64,000 nt of DNA from Eledone cirrhosa (taxonomy: Eukaryota): the NCBI GenBank assembly GCA_964016885.1, contig OZ024740.1, positions 49,166,001 through 49,230,000 on the forward strand, read 5' to 3'. The notes under the pieces were generated by a model. The model saw nothing but the letters and a program-made list of their open reading frames with translations. It was not told the origin of the DNA and did no database searches. Of this stretch, positions 13,446-26,406 are shown one piece after another; position 1 is the first letter of the stretch, and each line of letters begins with the position of its first letter. A program made the translations under genes and the position numbers.

Positions 13446-13904
13446 TGTAGCAAGAGTTGCTTCCCTTGTCATGACAATCTCATCACCGCTCTCTAGACAG
13501 GAAGTAGCTGGAGTTGCTTTCCTTTGGGGTGACAGAACCCTGTTGGTCACTTCCGGTCAGACCCTATAAAAGGAACAGGTTAGGACGATCTTCCTCTCTC
13601 GCCTCCTGAATTCCAAAGTGGTAACACCTGCGACCTTAGCATGAGATGATTCCTTTCTCATAATCCTTCGCCATCAAGAAGAATGCAACCGGCAGCCTAA
13701 GAGCCTAAGAAGATGTTAACACCTCCAAGAGAAAATCTCTCCTTTTCTCTACACACACAAGCCTAGGTGTTGTGATCCACGGGTAATGATTCATTTATAT
13801 TAATCCCTTTGACTTCTATGAAGTAAAAACATTATCACAACACACACCGGCATTTATTGTCTTTTGTAATAATTTTATATGTACACCGATACTAATCTCC
13901 TAAA
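13446..13904 (+). repeat. Gypsy 5' LTR
   Basis: TGTAG start, CTATAAAA at about 13564; its end ATGTACACCGATACTAATCTCCTAAA is repeated at 17316-17341. Confidence 0.85.
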
Positions 13905-13905
13905 G

Positions 13906-13926
13906 TGGTGACCCCCAACGTGATTT
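13906..13926 (+). promoter_or_regulatory. Primer-binding site, tRNA-Trp type
   Basis: TGGTGACCCCCAACGTGATTT, close to the complement of the tRNA-Trp 3' end (TGGTGACCCCGACGTGATTT), 1 nt after the LTR. Confidence 0.8.
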
Positions 13927-14383
13927 AAAAAAAAATAATGGGAAATGGTATAAGGTGTATATAGAAAAAAAAAACAGAAGAAAAAGAAAAAGAAAAAACA
14001 ACAACAATTTAATACAAAACGAACACCTACAGTTATTGACACACAAATAAACAGCAATTGTATGAATGTTTTTGCCTTTTTTTCTCTCCTTTTCTGCCCT
14101 TCTCTTCTCTGGCTAAAAAATTTGAGGATGACAAGATGGAGTCTCTCTTCTCCATCATTAGTGTTTTTGGCGCGAAATAGTCCGCCATGTTGGATTTTGT
14201 TTTAAGTTCCTTGCCCTTACCTTAGTAATAACAGCATTCAGTTAATCGCTTCTTTGCATATTGTCCCGGATGCATTATTTTTCCGGTCCAGTTGTTTGAC
14301 AGAGAAAAATAAGCGATTTTGTTTTCCTTTTCTGTTGCGTTGGAGACATTTTTTCCAAACGGTAAATTGCCTACGGTATACCA

Positions 14384-15170
14384 ATGGCTTCTCACTCAGT
14401 TCTGCCAACGTACACGGGCGACGTAAGGCTATGGTTCGCCCAGCTCGAAGCATTTTTCAAGGCGAACAGAGTTGACGAGGAACTACAACGTCCTGTGGTC
14501 CTTAGCGCAATTCCTCCGGCAATTCTCCCAGCGATTAAGGACCTGGTGTTAGAGACACCCACAGACTCGACGTACACGTCTCTGAAGGCTGAAATACTCA
14601 GCCGGACAGAACAGTCTTCAGAAAAAAGATTTAGGGCTTTGGTCAATCTGGAGCATATAGGGGATGGCACCCCATCGAACCTCCTAAGGCGAATGAAGGA
14701 CCTAACGGAGGGGTCGGTAGTGGAAACTTCCCTGCTAAAGCAGTTGTTCTTCTCGCTCCTGCCGACCAGGCAATTTTGGCCCCCATGAGGGATACAAGCA
14801 CGGTGGATCAGCTTGCTGCCTCTGCGGACAAAGTGTTCGAGGTGACGAATGCCGGAGGCAGCGACCCCTTGCCGCTGTTCACCACCCAGCTCGGGCTACA
14901 CACGGCCATGCGATCTACGCGGCAGCACCCATAGACAGCTCAACCATTATGGCGATGCAAGGGTCCATTCAGGAACTCACTATAGAGCTCCACAAGATGA
15001 AGGCCTTGTGTGGTGCTCGTTCGCGCCCCTGCAGTCGCGAGAGATCGCAAAGTTTTAGACGTCGTTCTAAATCACCAGGTTCATCTTTATGCTGGTACCA
15101 CGAGCGATTTGCTGAGAACGCGAATCACTGCGTGCAACCTTGTTCCTTTCATAAGGCGGCAAACGTCTAA
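14384..15170 (+). pseudogene. gag: Gypsy gag (frameshifted)
   Basis: LWFAQLEAFF..YTSLKAEIL..GDGTPSNLLRRM and a C-terminal LCWYHERFAENANHCVQPCSF Cys/His motif, split over several frames. Confidence 0.85.
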
Positions 15171-15181
15171 GAGGTTCTCTG

Positions 15182-17315
15182 ATGGAGACAGTTGACCTCA
15201 ACATAAAGCCACCAAACCGCCATTTCTTCATTAAGGACCTAATGTCCGGAAGAGGTTTCCTCGTGGATACAGGAGCCTCCTGTAGTATTTGGCCGGTCCA
15301 TTGCATGAAAGATACCCCCATAGAGTCATCTGTTACGCTGCAGGCAGTTAACCACTCGTCTATAAAGACGTACGGGCAAATCTCGCTCCCTCTTAAATTC
15401 CTAAATTTTCGTAGGGATTTTAAGTGGATTTTTACGGTTGCCGATTTGCCATACCCCATCTTAGGAGCGGATTTCCTCCACAACTTCTCTTTAACTGTGG
15501 ACGTCCGTGGCCAACGCCTGGTGGATAACATCACCGGTTTTTCAATTCATGGCCAGGAAGCCAATGCTCCAATAGTCAGCCCCATGTTCTTCGTCGCTGC
15601 CGCTGGAGACGCCTACCATTCGTTGCTGGGTTCTTTCCCGGAGCTCACGGATGGAAATTTTTGAGTCACTGACCCAACACACTCGACCGAACATTTCGTT
15701 TCCACCACCGGTGCTCCAGTGTTTTCGCGTCCACGCCGCTTACCGACGGAAAAATTAAAGGCAGCACGGTCCGAGTTCGACCATATGCTGCAGCTGGGCA
15801 TTATTCGCCCATCTACGAGTCCTTGGGCTTCACCATTACACATGGTGCCCAAGACTTCCGGCGACTGGAGACCCACTGGGGATTATAGGAGGTTAAATGC
15901 CATGACCGTCCCGGATAGGTATCCCATTCCCCATCTCCATGATTTTGCATCTTCACTGCAGGGGTGTAAGATTTTTTCAAAGTTAGATTTAGTGCGAGCC
16001 TACCACCAAATTCCGGTCAGGAAGGAGGATATTCCGAAAACGGCGATTACAACCCCTTTCGGATCCTTCGAATTTTTGACCATGCCTTTCGGACTCAGGA
16101 ACGCCGCTAGCACTTTTCAGCGGTTCATAGACGAGGTCACGCGTGGTCTGGACTTCGTTTATGCTTACATAGACGATATTCTCGTCGCTAGTTCCTCCCC
16201 GGAAGAGCATATGCGCCACATGCTTCTCTTATTTCGGCGACTTCAGGATTACCGCGTTCGCGTGAATTCAGCAAAGTGTGTTTTCGGTTCCACTTCCCTA
16301 AATTTTTTAGGCCACCTCATCGACGCCGAAGGTATTAGGCCGCTCCCTCAGCGAGTTCAAGCCATAAAGGAATTACCTCCGCCTACTACACTTCACCAGT
16401 TGCGTCACTTCTTAGGCCTAATCAATTTCTATAGGTGTTTCGTTACTCATTGTGCTAATTTGCTATCTTCCCTTACTGACATTTTAAAAAATCGTCGTAA
16501 GAAGAATGAGGATATTTCCTTGACACAAGGACAGCTTCAGGACTTCCAGACTGCCAAGACAGCACTCGCTAGTTCATCTTTGCTGGCCCACCCGGTACCA
16601 GAGGCCAAGCTTTCGCTTTGTGTTGATGCATCTGATACCGCTGTGGGAGCAGTTTTACAGTAGTCCTACGCTGAAAACCAACAACCTTGGGCATTTTTCT
16701 CGAGGAAGTTGAAACCAGCAGAAACGCGTTATAGCACGTTTGGGCGGGAATTATTAGCCATATATCTGTCGGTGAAACATTTCTCTCATATTCTTGAGGG
16801 GAGAAATTTTACAGTTTTTACCGACCACAAACCGTTGACCTTCGCTTTGAGGGCCAAAGCCGACAGATATTCGCCCAGAGAGACAAGGCACCTAGACTAC
16901 GTTTCACAATTTACAAACGATATCCAGCACATTGCCGGCTCGCACAACATAGCTGCAGACGCATTGTCACGTTTGCCAATTAGCTCCATCTCGTCATCCC
17001 AGGAGATCGACTTAGGTCGTTTAGCTGCAGACCAACCTGCACTCCAATCGTTGGACACTCTTTCTGCTGAATTTGCGACTTGCATTTTCAAATATCTGCC
17101 CTTGTCCACCACCGACAGGCAGATTCTATGTGATGTATCTACGGATGCACCACGACCACTTGTTCCTGAGACTCACCGTCGAATTGTGTTCCTGGCTTTA
17201 CACAACATTTCTCACCCAGGATCTGCTGCCACAGTAAAGCTCATAACAGCCAGATTCTTCTGGCCAAATATGAGGCGCGACATTGCTGCTTGGTGCCGTT
17301 CCTGCATCGCTTGCC
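15182..17315 (+). pseudogene. pol: Gypsy pol: protease, RT, RNase H and integrase N-terminus; in-frame stops at 15664 and 16663
   Basis: FLVDTGAS and ILGADFL (protease); [18 protein letters not shown] (RT); VDASD, RELLA, TDHKPL, ADALSR (RNase H); HNISHPG..CRSCIAC (integrase Zn finger), then truncated. Confidence 0.93.
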
Positions 17316-17794
17316 ATGTACACCGATACTAATCTCCTAAAAGGTAATATGGTGGACGAGGTTAAAAGGACTGAGCGCAAACAATTTTCTCTCCGGACAA
17401 CAACTTATCCCCTTCTTTAAGTATCACTTCAGAAGGAAGGTGAAAGTGGAGAGAGAGGTGCTACACCCCAGTAAATTCGCTGAAAGATGGGTGAATGTGG
17501 CGAAAATGGCCCGAGTGAATGGGCCTTCTCTGTATATAAACCTGTAGGTTGAGGAAGATAAACAGAGGGAAGACAGGAATACCTACAAAACGTGTTCCTG
17601 GTGTTGAGGGTTGTTCTATCCACGGGGTGTAAAACAACCCTGCAGTAACGCCCCCTACTGGGATTTCAATTGTTATTTTATTATATATAGTTTATTGTTA
17701 TTTATTAATGTTAAAGTTATTTTTATGTAAAACCCCCGCTGTCACGTCTTGTAATGTCCCATTTTTGTACGCCCCTGTGGCAAATAAAGAAAGA

Positions 17795-17851
<57 letters not shown>

Positions 17852-17852
17852 C

Positions 17853-17895
17853 GATTGTCCCCTTCTTTTGTGCCCCTGTGGCTAATAAAGAAACA
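17853..17895 (+). mobile_element. Very short 3'-end-only Tx1 copy (copy 2)
   Basis: TTGTCCCCTTCTTTTGTGCCCCTGTGGCTAATAAAGAAAC matches the 3' termini at about 17755-17793 and 22444-22485; TATCTATCTC on both sides. Confidence 0.75.
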
Positions 17896-17905
17896 TATCT
17901 ATCTC

Positions 17906-20900
17906 GAAGAAGATAGACGTATTTTTGTTTCGCTCTTGCATTTTGTCGGAATTTATTACGAGAAGCGGTAGGTTTGTTTAAACTACTTGTTATTTGTTGT
18001 GTTTAACCCTCGCCTGGGCCTGCAGACGTTGGGTAAAATAAATTTCGCCCCTTTTTGGGGCGAAATTTGATAGTTATAAGTTATCGATAAAAAGTCGTTT
18101 AGTGACACTGGACGCCATTAACACGACGCATGCCACGCCGCCCAAGGAAAATGATAGAGAGAAGGTAGCAGCACAACGCTGTAAGCCTTCCCTCCTCACC
18201 CCGCAAAAGACACCACGGAATCAAAAGAAAAAATTGTGGAAATGGGTGAAAACCCCAAAAGTAACAATTACAAGAACAACAATGACAATAACAACACAAC
18301 CAACAACAACAACAATGACAATAACAACACAACCAACAACAGCAATAATGACAACACCAACAAAGGAAAAGAGCAAGCCAACACGAATAACAACAACAAC
18401 AATGATAACAACACGAAAGAAAACGGACCCACAGCTGCATTCTCCTTCGCACAGGCAGTTCGAGAAACGCAGACATACAAGGCACTGGACATCTCGAATG
18501 CCAAGAAATTGCTGAAAGAAGCAAGGAATTGTGTAAGTTTCGGGGAAGGTGGGAAATTCACAATTACCTCCCCGAAGAAATTAGAAGGGACACAGTCCTC
18601 AGAACCGTAATTTTTAGGACAGTTTCGAACGCGACTAGGAAACCGGCTCAATTGTCCCAAAGCGAAATTGAGCTGGTCCTAAGTAGTGCCTGGAAGGATA
18701 TCGCTTTCATACAGAAAGGGAAACTGTATGGAAGCATATCTGTTTAATGCAAGATGAATTGGCGGCACGGAAATATTCTGTGTCGCCAATTGTATCCAAA
18801 GCATACACCTTTTCCCCCATATATTTGGGGAAAAGAACTCAAAAGATAAGAATCTCGGGCATCAGGCCAAATGTGAGCATTTGGTGGGTGCTAACGAGAT
18901 TCTTAGAAAATGTGGACACAATCCTTTCGATAGACGAATCCACCGGGGGCGTATTCGGCGGCAATAGCCTTGAAGTTCTGGTAAATACAACAAACACACA
19001 ACCACCAGCACAAACAGAACAAACATCACAAACACCTGAGCCTCGCAACACGGAAGGTACACCTGGGCCCGGAGGGCCAACTGGTGGTTCTAGACGTCGG
19101 CAGTAGTGAAGGTGGAGCCTTCAGGCTGGTGGCAGCGTATGCCCCATCAGGGACACCGCGACCGGACTTCTTTCAGCGCCTAGAGACTTTTCTGGGAACA
19201 TCTCGCTCCTTGCCTTTAGTAGGGGACTGGAATGGTATCCTGGATGCACGTTGGGACTATGTAGGGGCATGTCCCGATAGAGGGGGTGTAACAGCCTCAA
19301 GCGGTTAATCGGCCGATTTGATCTGGCTGATAGTTATCGACTAGATTTTCCGACTGTGCCACTGTGGCCGTGGACTAATCGCAGCGGAACATCTAGGTCG
19401 TACCTAGATAGGTTCCTAGTTAGAAATAAGGATAGGGACATATTAAGCTGTCCACGAATGTTCATGGTTGACTATTCGGATCACAAGTTGGTGACCGGAG
19501 TGGTCAACCTTGATAGAACCCATAGACAAGGACCCGGTTACTGGAAGCTATACTTGTCCTTACCGACAAACAAAGCTTACAGTAAGCGGATTAGCACTCT
19601 AGTTAAGCAGCAGTTGACGGGGGAAATTGTCAACAGCAGGTGGTGGGGCTCTCTCAAGAGAGAAATTAGAATAGAATCGATAGGTTTTAGTCAGGAATTA
19701 GCATCATATAGGAATAGAACTGAAAGGGAATTGATAGATAGAGTAGAAGAGGCGATTAGGAGTGGCAACGTGGCCGGCGTTCTGGCGTCAAAAACGGCCC
19801 TAGACCAGTTCTTTGATGCGAAGCACGAGGGCTGCGTTGTCAGGAGTAAAATACGTGCTCTGGGTAACGAGGGAGCCAAAGCTGTTAGCTGGGCCCGAGT
19901 GACAGAGGAAAAAAGTGGAAACAAGTCCACGATTCGGTCTTTGAAGGACCAGGATGGACGCGTGATCCTTGAACCTGAGCGGATGTGCGCGGCCTTTCAA
20001 CGGCGCTTTGCACGACTGTTCGGGAGGGGCGGCGGGCCGGATGAGGTCATGGATTTCGGTCCATACCTCGACTGTCTGCCGCGGCTCTCGAACGGGGAGG
20101 CGAAGTCCTGCGAAAGGCCGATTTCAGCTGCTGAGATAGGGGAAGCGCTGAGCCAATGCGGCAAACGCAAATCTCCCGGTCTCGATGGTCTACCATACGA
20201 ACTTTATGTAGCGATGTCGGACTTGTTCTCCAATCTCCTCGAGGCGGTCTACTGCAACTGGCAACAAAACGGGAGAATTCCCAGTTCTGTGACCAAGGGC
20301 GTAGTCACGCTGGTGAGGAAGGAAGAGAACAAGGGGGATGACATAGATAACTTCAGGCCCATAACTCTGCTAAACACAGAGTTAAAGATTTTGGCCAAGG
20401 TGTTAACGAAGAGGTTGGCGCTTGTCGCCGGGAACCTGGTGGGAGAAGCGCAGACATGCGCAATCCCGTCCAGGTCCATACACGACAATCTCCACCTCAT
20501 GCGATACATTGTAGAGAGGGTGGGGAACGAACCCGGCTTTGGTGCGGCCCTGATCAACTTGGATCAATCTAAGGCGTTCGATAGGGTCGACCATCGGTAC
20601 TTGGATGCGGTGCTCGCGGCGGAAGGCTTCGGACCCGTTTTCAGGGGCTGGATTGCTGCAATGCACAGCAGCAACACCTGCTCGAGGGTCAAGGTGAACG
20701 GCTACCTCTCGGAGCCGTTTAAAATCGCGCGATCCATCCGACAGGGATGCCCTCTCTCCTCCCTTCTGTATGTGCTGGCTCTCGAGCCACTACTGCGGAA
20801 GTTGGAGCTGTTGCAGGGAATCCCCTTGGAACTGGGATTGCGGAAAGCGGTGTCGGCCTACGCCGATGACGTGACAGTAATGGTGTCGTGCGCCTCGGAA

Positions 20901-22486
20901 ATTGGGCAGATCGGCACCTTACTGGAGGAATACGAAAGGTTTACAGGAGCCAAGCTGAACCGGGACAAGTCCGTCGGTTTGCAACTCGGAACATAGAGAG
21001 GCAAACCGATGTCCTCCGACGGCGTCGTCGGACGCTGGACGGAGGGACCGGTGACGCTCGAGGTCTGATTTGATACGGACCTCAAGGTGGAGAAAAACTG
21101 GGACGAGGTAACGGGCAGGGTGTTTGCACTCGGCCAGAAGTGGGCCGAGTGCTAACTATCCCTGAAAGGTCGAGCGGAGGTGGCGAACACTTATATAGCG
21201 TCCGTCATCTACTACCGCTTGACCGTCGTGCCTTGCCCAGCGAAAACGCTCGCCAAAATAGAGCGCGCGCTCTTCCGATTCCTTTGGAAGAAGCGGGCCC
21301 CTTTGGTGAGAAGATCCATCTGCTGTCAACACCCTTCGAACGGAGGGCTGTGGATGCCGTGGCTGACGATGCGTAGACACGCATTAAGGCTACGGCACCT
21401 CCAGGTATTCCTCACCGGTCAGCCGGTGTGGGCCCTTTTTGTGAGGCGAGCCTTTCCGAGACTCGTCTCACTCACCGAGCTGCAATCCTGGGTCAAGCAA
21501 AGACCGAGATAATGGGCGACTGGCACATTGAATGTGCCCAGGCGCTCACAGCCCTTTGGCAAGCGGATCCGGAAATCAGTGGAGACTCAACCTCAACATT
21601 CTATGGAGGGTTGGTGCGCAGCAAGTGCGACGACGCTCTCGGAGAAGCTCTGGGCATGGAGGAAGACGAGCTAGCCAGTCTGTTCGGTAGGACGTTTGGC
21701 CCGGGACCGATGGACAACTTCCAAAAGTGTCTGGCTTGGCAGTGCTACAGAGGAGCTCTACCCGTTCGGGACAAGCTCTACAGACACGGGCGCCCGGGTA
21801 GGGACCACGCGAAGAAGATCCGTCCGAGATGCGTGCGTGACGAGGAAACCGTCGCGCACGTATTCGTACACTGCCTGGGCGTTGCTGACCTGTGGGGCTA
21901 TGTGGAACGACTACTGTCGCGGGTGGGACCAATCCGGTTGACCACCGAGTACATTGTCACGATCAAACCGCCTCCCCCCCTTCAAAAACGAAGGAGAGGC
22001 GGTTTTCCTCTGTGTGATAGCTGTGCGAAAGAGGTTGTATGGTGGACGAGGTTGAAAGGGCTGAGGTCAGACACTTTTCTCTCCGGCCAACAACTGGTTC
22101 TTTTTTTCAAGTACCATTTTAGAAGAAGGATCAGAATAGAGAGAGAGGTGATGTACCCCAGCAAGTTTTATGAAAGATGGGTGAAAGTGGCGAGAATGGC
22201 CCGAGTGAATGGGCCTTCTCTCTATATCAGCCTGTAAGTGAGAGAGGAGAAGAAGGAGGAGAGGAAGGGAGCACCCGCTCTTTGTGCTCCTGAGGAGGAG
22301 GGTTGCGCATTTTTTTCGGGGCTGTGTGCGACCCACGTGTGTGCGACCCACGTCCCTATTGAGGACTTCGATTGTTGAATTTGATTTGTTATATGTTTTT
22401 ACACGTCCTTTGAAATGTATGTAAACTCCCCCCCCCCCTGTATTTGTCCCAATCTTTGGTGCCCCGGTGGCAAATAAATAGAAAGT
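17906..22486 (+). mobile_element. Near-full-length Tx1/L1-clade LINE (copy 3), with an internal deletion between ORF1 and the endonuclease
   Basis: Disrupted ORF1 at about 18236-18980 (N-rich, SFAQAV motif); APE motifs GDWN, SYLDRFLV, YSDH; RT; 10-bp TSD TATCTATCTC at 17896-17905 and 22487-22496. Confidence 0.92.
19084..22237 (+). pseudogene. Tx1 ORF2 (APE endonuclease, RT and C-terminal domain) with stops and frameshifts
   Basis: KSPGLDGL, RPITLLNTELKILAK, DQSKAFDRVDH, RQGCPLS, YADD, NGGLWMP, then a C..EETVAHVFVHC Zn-knuckle-like motif. Confidence 0.92.
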
Positions 22487-22696
22487 TATCTATCTCCAAC
22501 AGGGGGCTCAAACATGGTAGACCAGACTGAAAAAAGAAAATATATATGTGTGTGTGTGTATATATTATACACACACACATATATATTTTCTTTTTTCAGT
22601 CTGGTCTACCATGTTTGAGCCCCCTGTATAATATATACACATACACCGGGCCGGTGTTTGGATTATGTCGATCGATTGGTTATTGATTAGGCGATA

Positions 22697-22806
22697 CCCG
22701 CTGATGAAGCAGCATAAGCCGATTGTGCATTGTTGTACAATATATGCAGACAGATGGTGCAGTGCACCTTACTGCTGCATTAGTGCTGCAGAAACTCGAG
22801 TCCGGG
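22697..22806 (+). ncRNA. Type I hammerhead ribozyme with a GUC triplet and an 83-nt helix II region
   Basis: CCCG-CUGAUGA-A-GCAGCAU..GUGCUGC-A-GAAAC-UCGA-GUC-CGGG; palindromic UCGA loop. Confidence 0.85.
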
Positions 22807-23110
22807 AACCTTATAGGCACCCGATTTACGTGTGTTGTGTTGAGGCAAATAACTGTGTATACTCTGGTAATGTATCTTACATTGCCCATTGAGTGCGCTG
22901 AGATACAACCGGTACTGGCATTGATAAATATGCTGGGTCCGTCAACCCTTATTATATATATATATATATATATTACACACGCACACACACACATATATAT
23001 ATATCCTTACACACTTGAATATAAATGCATGTCTACATACAAATGTATAAATGCATAGCTATATACATACGTAAATGTATGTATGTATATATGTATGTAT
23101 GTATGTATGT

Positions 23111-23710
23111 CAGGTCACCAGTTGGTGCTACTGGTAACATGTATCCCTGTACAACCTGTCTCATGGTCGGGTCGTTGGCGACTAAACTGACAACCCCACC
23201 AAGGTTTCTTGGTGAGGAGGGTGACTTTGGACATCCTGCAGGACAAAAAAAAAACCTGTCAAAGGCCAAAGGAGCTCTTAAGAGTCAATGGCCATCCAAA
23301 ATCACCAGGAGATGACCCCTTAGCTTTTGTCAAGGCAGAATTCTAGGAGAAGGAAAACTCTGATATAACACCTGCAACCCTGATGGTATCCAATGATGTT
23401 GACTTGTTCTTTTTGGTAAATATCATCTTGGTTAAGAGAGTGGAACTGGCTTTGTGCAGTGCCTATGCTCACTATAAAAGCTTCACGGCACAGGCATTGC
23501 TTTATATCTGGAGATCTCTCTACACTTGTCGTCATATGGGAACATGAGCCCAGCACTATGTGTCAATAATTGTCACAAGTGTAGTGTTTGTACCAGAGTT
23601 TTCAAGTCGCTAGCTGGACTAAAACGTCACACTCGTTCAGCGTATCGGCAGGGGTTCTCTTACATGGATATAAAGTAGTGGCCGTACTCGAAAACGAGTC
23701 GGCAGCCACC
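23111..23710 (+). mobile_element. About 600-bp bipartite non-autonomous RTE derivative, followed by (TATG)n
   Basis: Near-identical to 50309-50903. The 3' part encodes [20 protein letters not shown] (RTE C-terminal C2H2-like); the 5' part resembles 54640-55160. Confidence 0.75.
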
Positions 23711-25759
23711 ATGTATGTATGTATGTATGTATGTATGTATGTATGTATGTATGTATGTAGATTTATATATATATATATAAATCTACATACATATATCCAT
23801 ATATACATACATACATTTACGTATGTATATAGCTATGCATTTATACATTTGTATATATACATGCATTTATATTTAAGTGTGTAAGGATGTTGACATGATT
23901 TATGTTATTTTTTTGGTAAGGAGAAAATTTTGTGTCCAGATTTTGTTACCTAGGGAGATTAAATACTACAGCTCTGGCTGAAAGCTGACCAGGTTCTCAA
24001 CCTCATCAAACACCAACGCCGGCCTGTGTATGTATGTATGTATGTATGTATGTATGTATGTATGTATGTATGTATGTATGTATGTATGTATGTATGTATG
24101 TATGTATGTATGCATGTGTGTATATGTTCGTATGTATGTATATGTATACACCCACACCTTTCATCACCATTGCTTCTTTTTGTTGTCATTTCTGTTGAAG
24201 TTGTTCTTGTATCTGTTGTCAAAGTTGACATCCTTATGTTCATTTTCTTTGATTTCTTTTGTTTTTCTTTTATCTCCCTAGGGAATTCGTTGACAAGCTT
24301 CTTTTATTTATTTTCTTCGTTTTCTTCATTCAAATGCATTCACACTGGCTGTCTCAGAGACGTACAAATATGACTTATAAAACTTATCAAACTAAAGGGG
24401 CTTCCAGCGCCCTCCAAAGCCTCAAACGCCCTCCTAACCCCCCTTGCTCCAAAACGCCCCCCCTGGAGCTCCTTTGTTATAGAATATTGACATCGAGAAA
24501 AATTGTTAGAGAAAATGCATCTTGACATTCTTGGTCAGAATTCAAAGCGTCATAGATATGCTAAAAACAAAACAAAACCAAAAAACATGGACATTAATCC
24601 ACGGTAAAAAGCTGTATTGTTGAAATATTAAATGCATAAAATATAAAAACTAAAATTTCATTAAATTTTGATTCCAAAGTAAAATTTAAAAAAAAATGTT
24701 GCAAACGTCTGCAAAAACCAGGATTATTGTGCTGCAGTTAAACCCGAACTATTAACATTGAAGTTTTATTAAATCGGGATGTATATAAAAAAAAAAGTCA
24801 ATTTTAAATCTGTGATCAGTACATTTGAATTAACAAAGGGCACACGACTTAATTCTATAAACAGAATATTTGTTGGACAGTGTTATGTTATACTGGGCGA
24901 TAAAAATGGTTTAAAATTGTTTAGGCGTTATTTGTTTTCATAATGCCATCGCCAACTAATTCAAGAGTTTAATTTGAAGATAAAATGTTGTTTATTTGCA
25001 GAATGAATGTCAATTGAAAATTGCTGGTGTTCGGGGACTATGCAGAGAATAGAGCCAGATGTTTCACTATAACTAGTCCTGGGTCTGATATTTCTAATTT
25101 CAAACCACTCAGGTTTTCTTCTCTTCTGGCAACGTTTGATAAATTTAAAAGCAATAGTATGCTGAAGCGCTAAACGACTGTAGCCTTCAAATTCTTAAGA
25201 AACGATTTTGTGCTTGATAAATAAATACTTTGTTCTGAGTAAAGATGAGGGTAAATATTAACATTTTTTTCCGATGCCACTGTTTAGGAATTTAACTCCC
25301 AGACTAAATTAGTCATTAAGTTACCACCCAGTGCAAAGAACTCTTTCTTTAGTTAGTATGGAGGTAATCTTATATATAAAAGAACAGATCAATTTGGAAG
25401 TGCAACTTGATTTGTTAAAAAGAAACTTAAATCGGTGAGGCATAGGAGTCGAAACGAAAGAATGTACATAATATTTGATATTGCTTTCAGGAGAATTTAA
25501 TTATTATTGTTTATCCATAGGCCAACATAGACCTATAAATATTGGCAATCTGGTTGTGATAATCCCGTCTTTTTCTCAGGCACAGCGTATCTAGGACTGC
25601 ATTATCCAATGTATTATGAACCATTCCTTTTCTAAAGACAGCCGTGGAAATTTGGCAGCAATTTCTAGTAGGTCAAATGACCACATAGACGCCCCTTTAT
25701 TGATTTCATAGGGAGTTTAGATGTTGTTCAGGCTCAGGTCGGTTCTGATCGAACAACAT

Positions 25760-25938
25760 TTGGCAGTATCAGTAGAGGGTCGGGCGCCATGCTTTCCAGC
25801 ATAGTTACGTCCCTTTACGATCTGAGTTCAAATCCCGCCGAGGTTGACTTTGCCTTTCATCCTTACGGGGTTGATAAAATAAAGTACCAGTAATGCACTG
25901 TGTAATTGCTGGCCTTGTGCCTAAAGTAGAAACAATTA
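25760..25938 (+). mobile_element. tRNA-derived SINE inserted in an older repeat (related older copies at about 27530-27700 and 28745-28930)
   Basis: Head, B-box, core and tail as in 9975-10166. Confidence 0.85.
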
Positions 25939-26366
25939 TCATCAAAGGCGTTCAATCCATGACCAATCCATTTTTTTTACAAGTCATGTGTTTTTAGCAG
26001 TTTGTTATTGCGGTTGCTTTTGTTTTAGAAGTTGGTGTAGTAATTGTTGTTGTTATTGATTTTGCTGTTGTTACTGTTGGGTATTTATTATTAGTATTAG
26101 TAGCCATGGTATTTTGTTTTGTAACTACGTACAAAGGAAGAGAAAGACCTGAGATGGTTAATGCCACTGAAATTAACTTTTTGCCGTTTAATACTACTAC
26201 AAATGTAATCATATAGATTGTAGTATTAGCGATGGATCTGTCAGTCAAGGATTTCATCTGATAGTTTCATAAACCTACATCTTTTAGAGCAGACATCCTT
26301 ATAAACGTAGCTTTTTTTAGTACGACGATAACAACAACAACAACGACGACGACGACGACGACCACC

Positions 26367-26406
<40 letters not shown>

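Larger units (their letters stand above)
13446..17341 (+). mobile_element. Ty3/Gypsy LTR retrotransposon, degraded, with a 3' internal deletion
   Basis: 5' LTR 13446-13904, PBS, gag-pro-RT-RH-IN order, only the last 26 bp of the 3' LTR left (17316-17341); TSD AGGT at 13442-13445 and 17342-17345. Confidence 0.93.
12917..17795 (+). mobile_element. 5'-truncated Tx1-like LINE (copy 1), split by the Gypsy insertion into 12917-13445 and 17346-17795
   Basis: Both parts align with the C-terminus and 3' UTR of the copy at 17906-22486 (WHLECLQALTAL..FQRSLAWQCYRGALP; WWTRLKGL..ARVNGPSLYINL). Confidence 0.9.

Noticed and set aside
18102-18524. Thr-rich and Cys-rich ORFs
   Set aside because: Alternative frames of the (AAC)n-rich start of Tx1 ORF1
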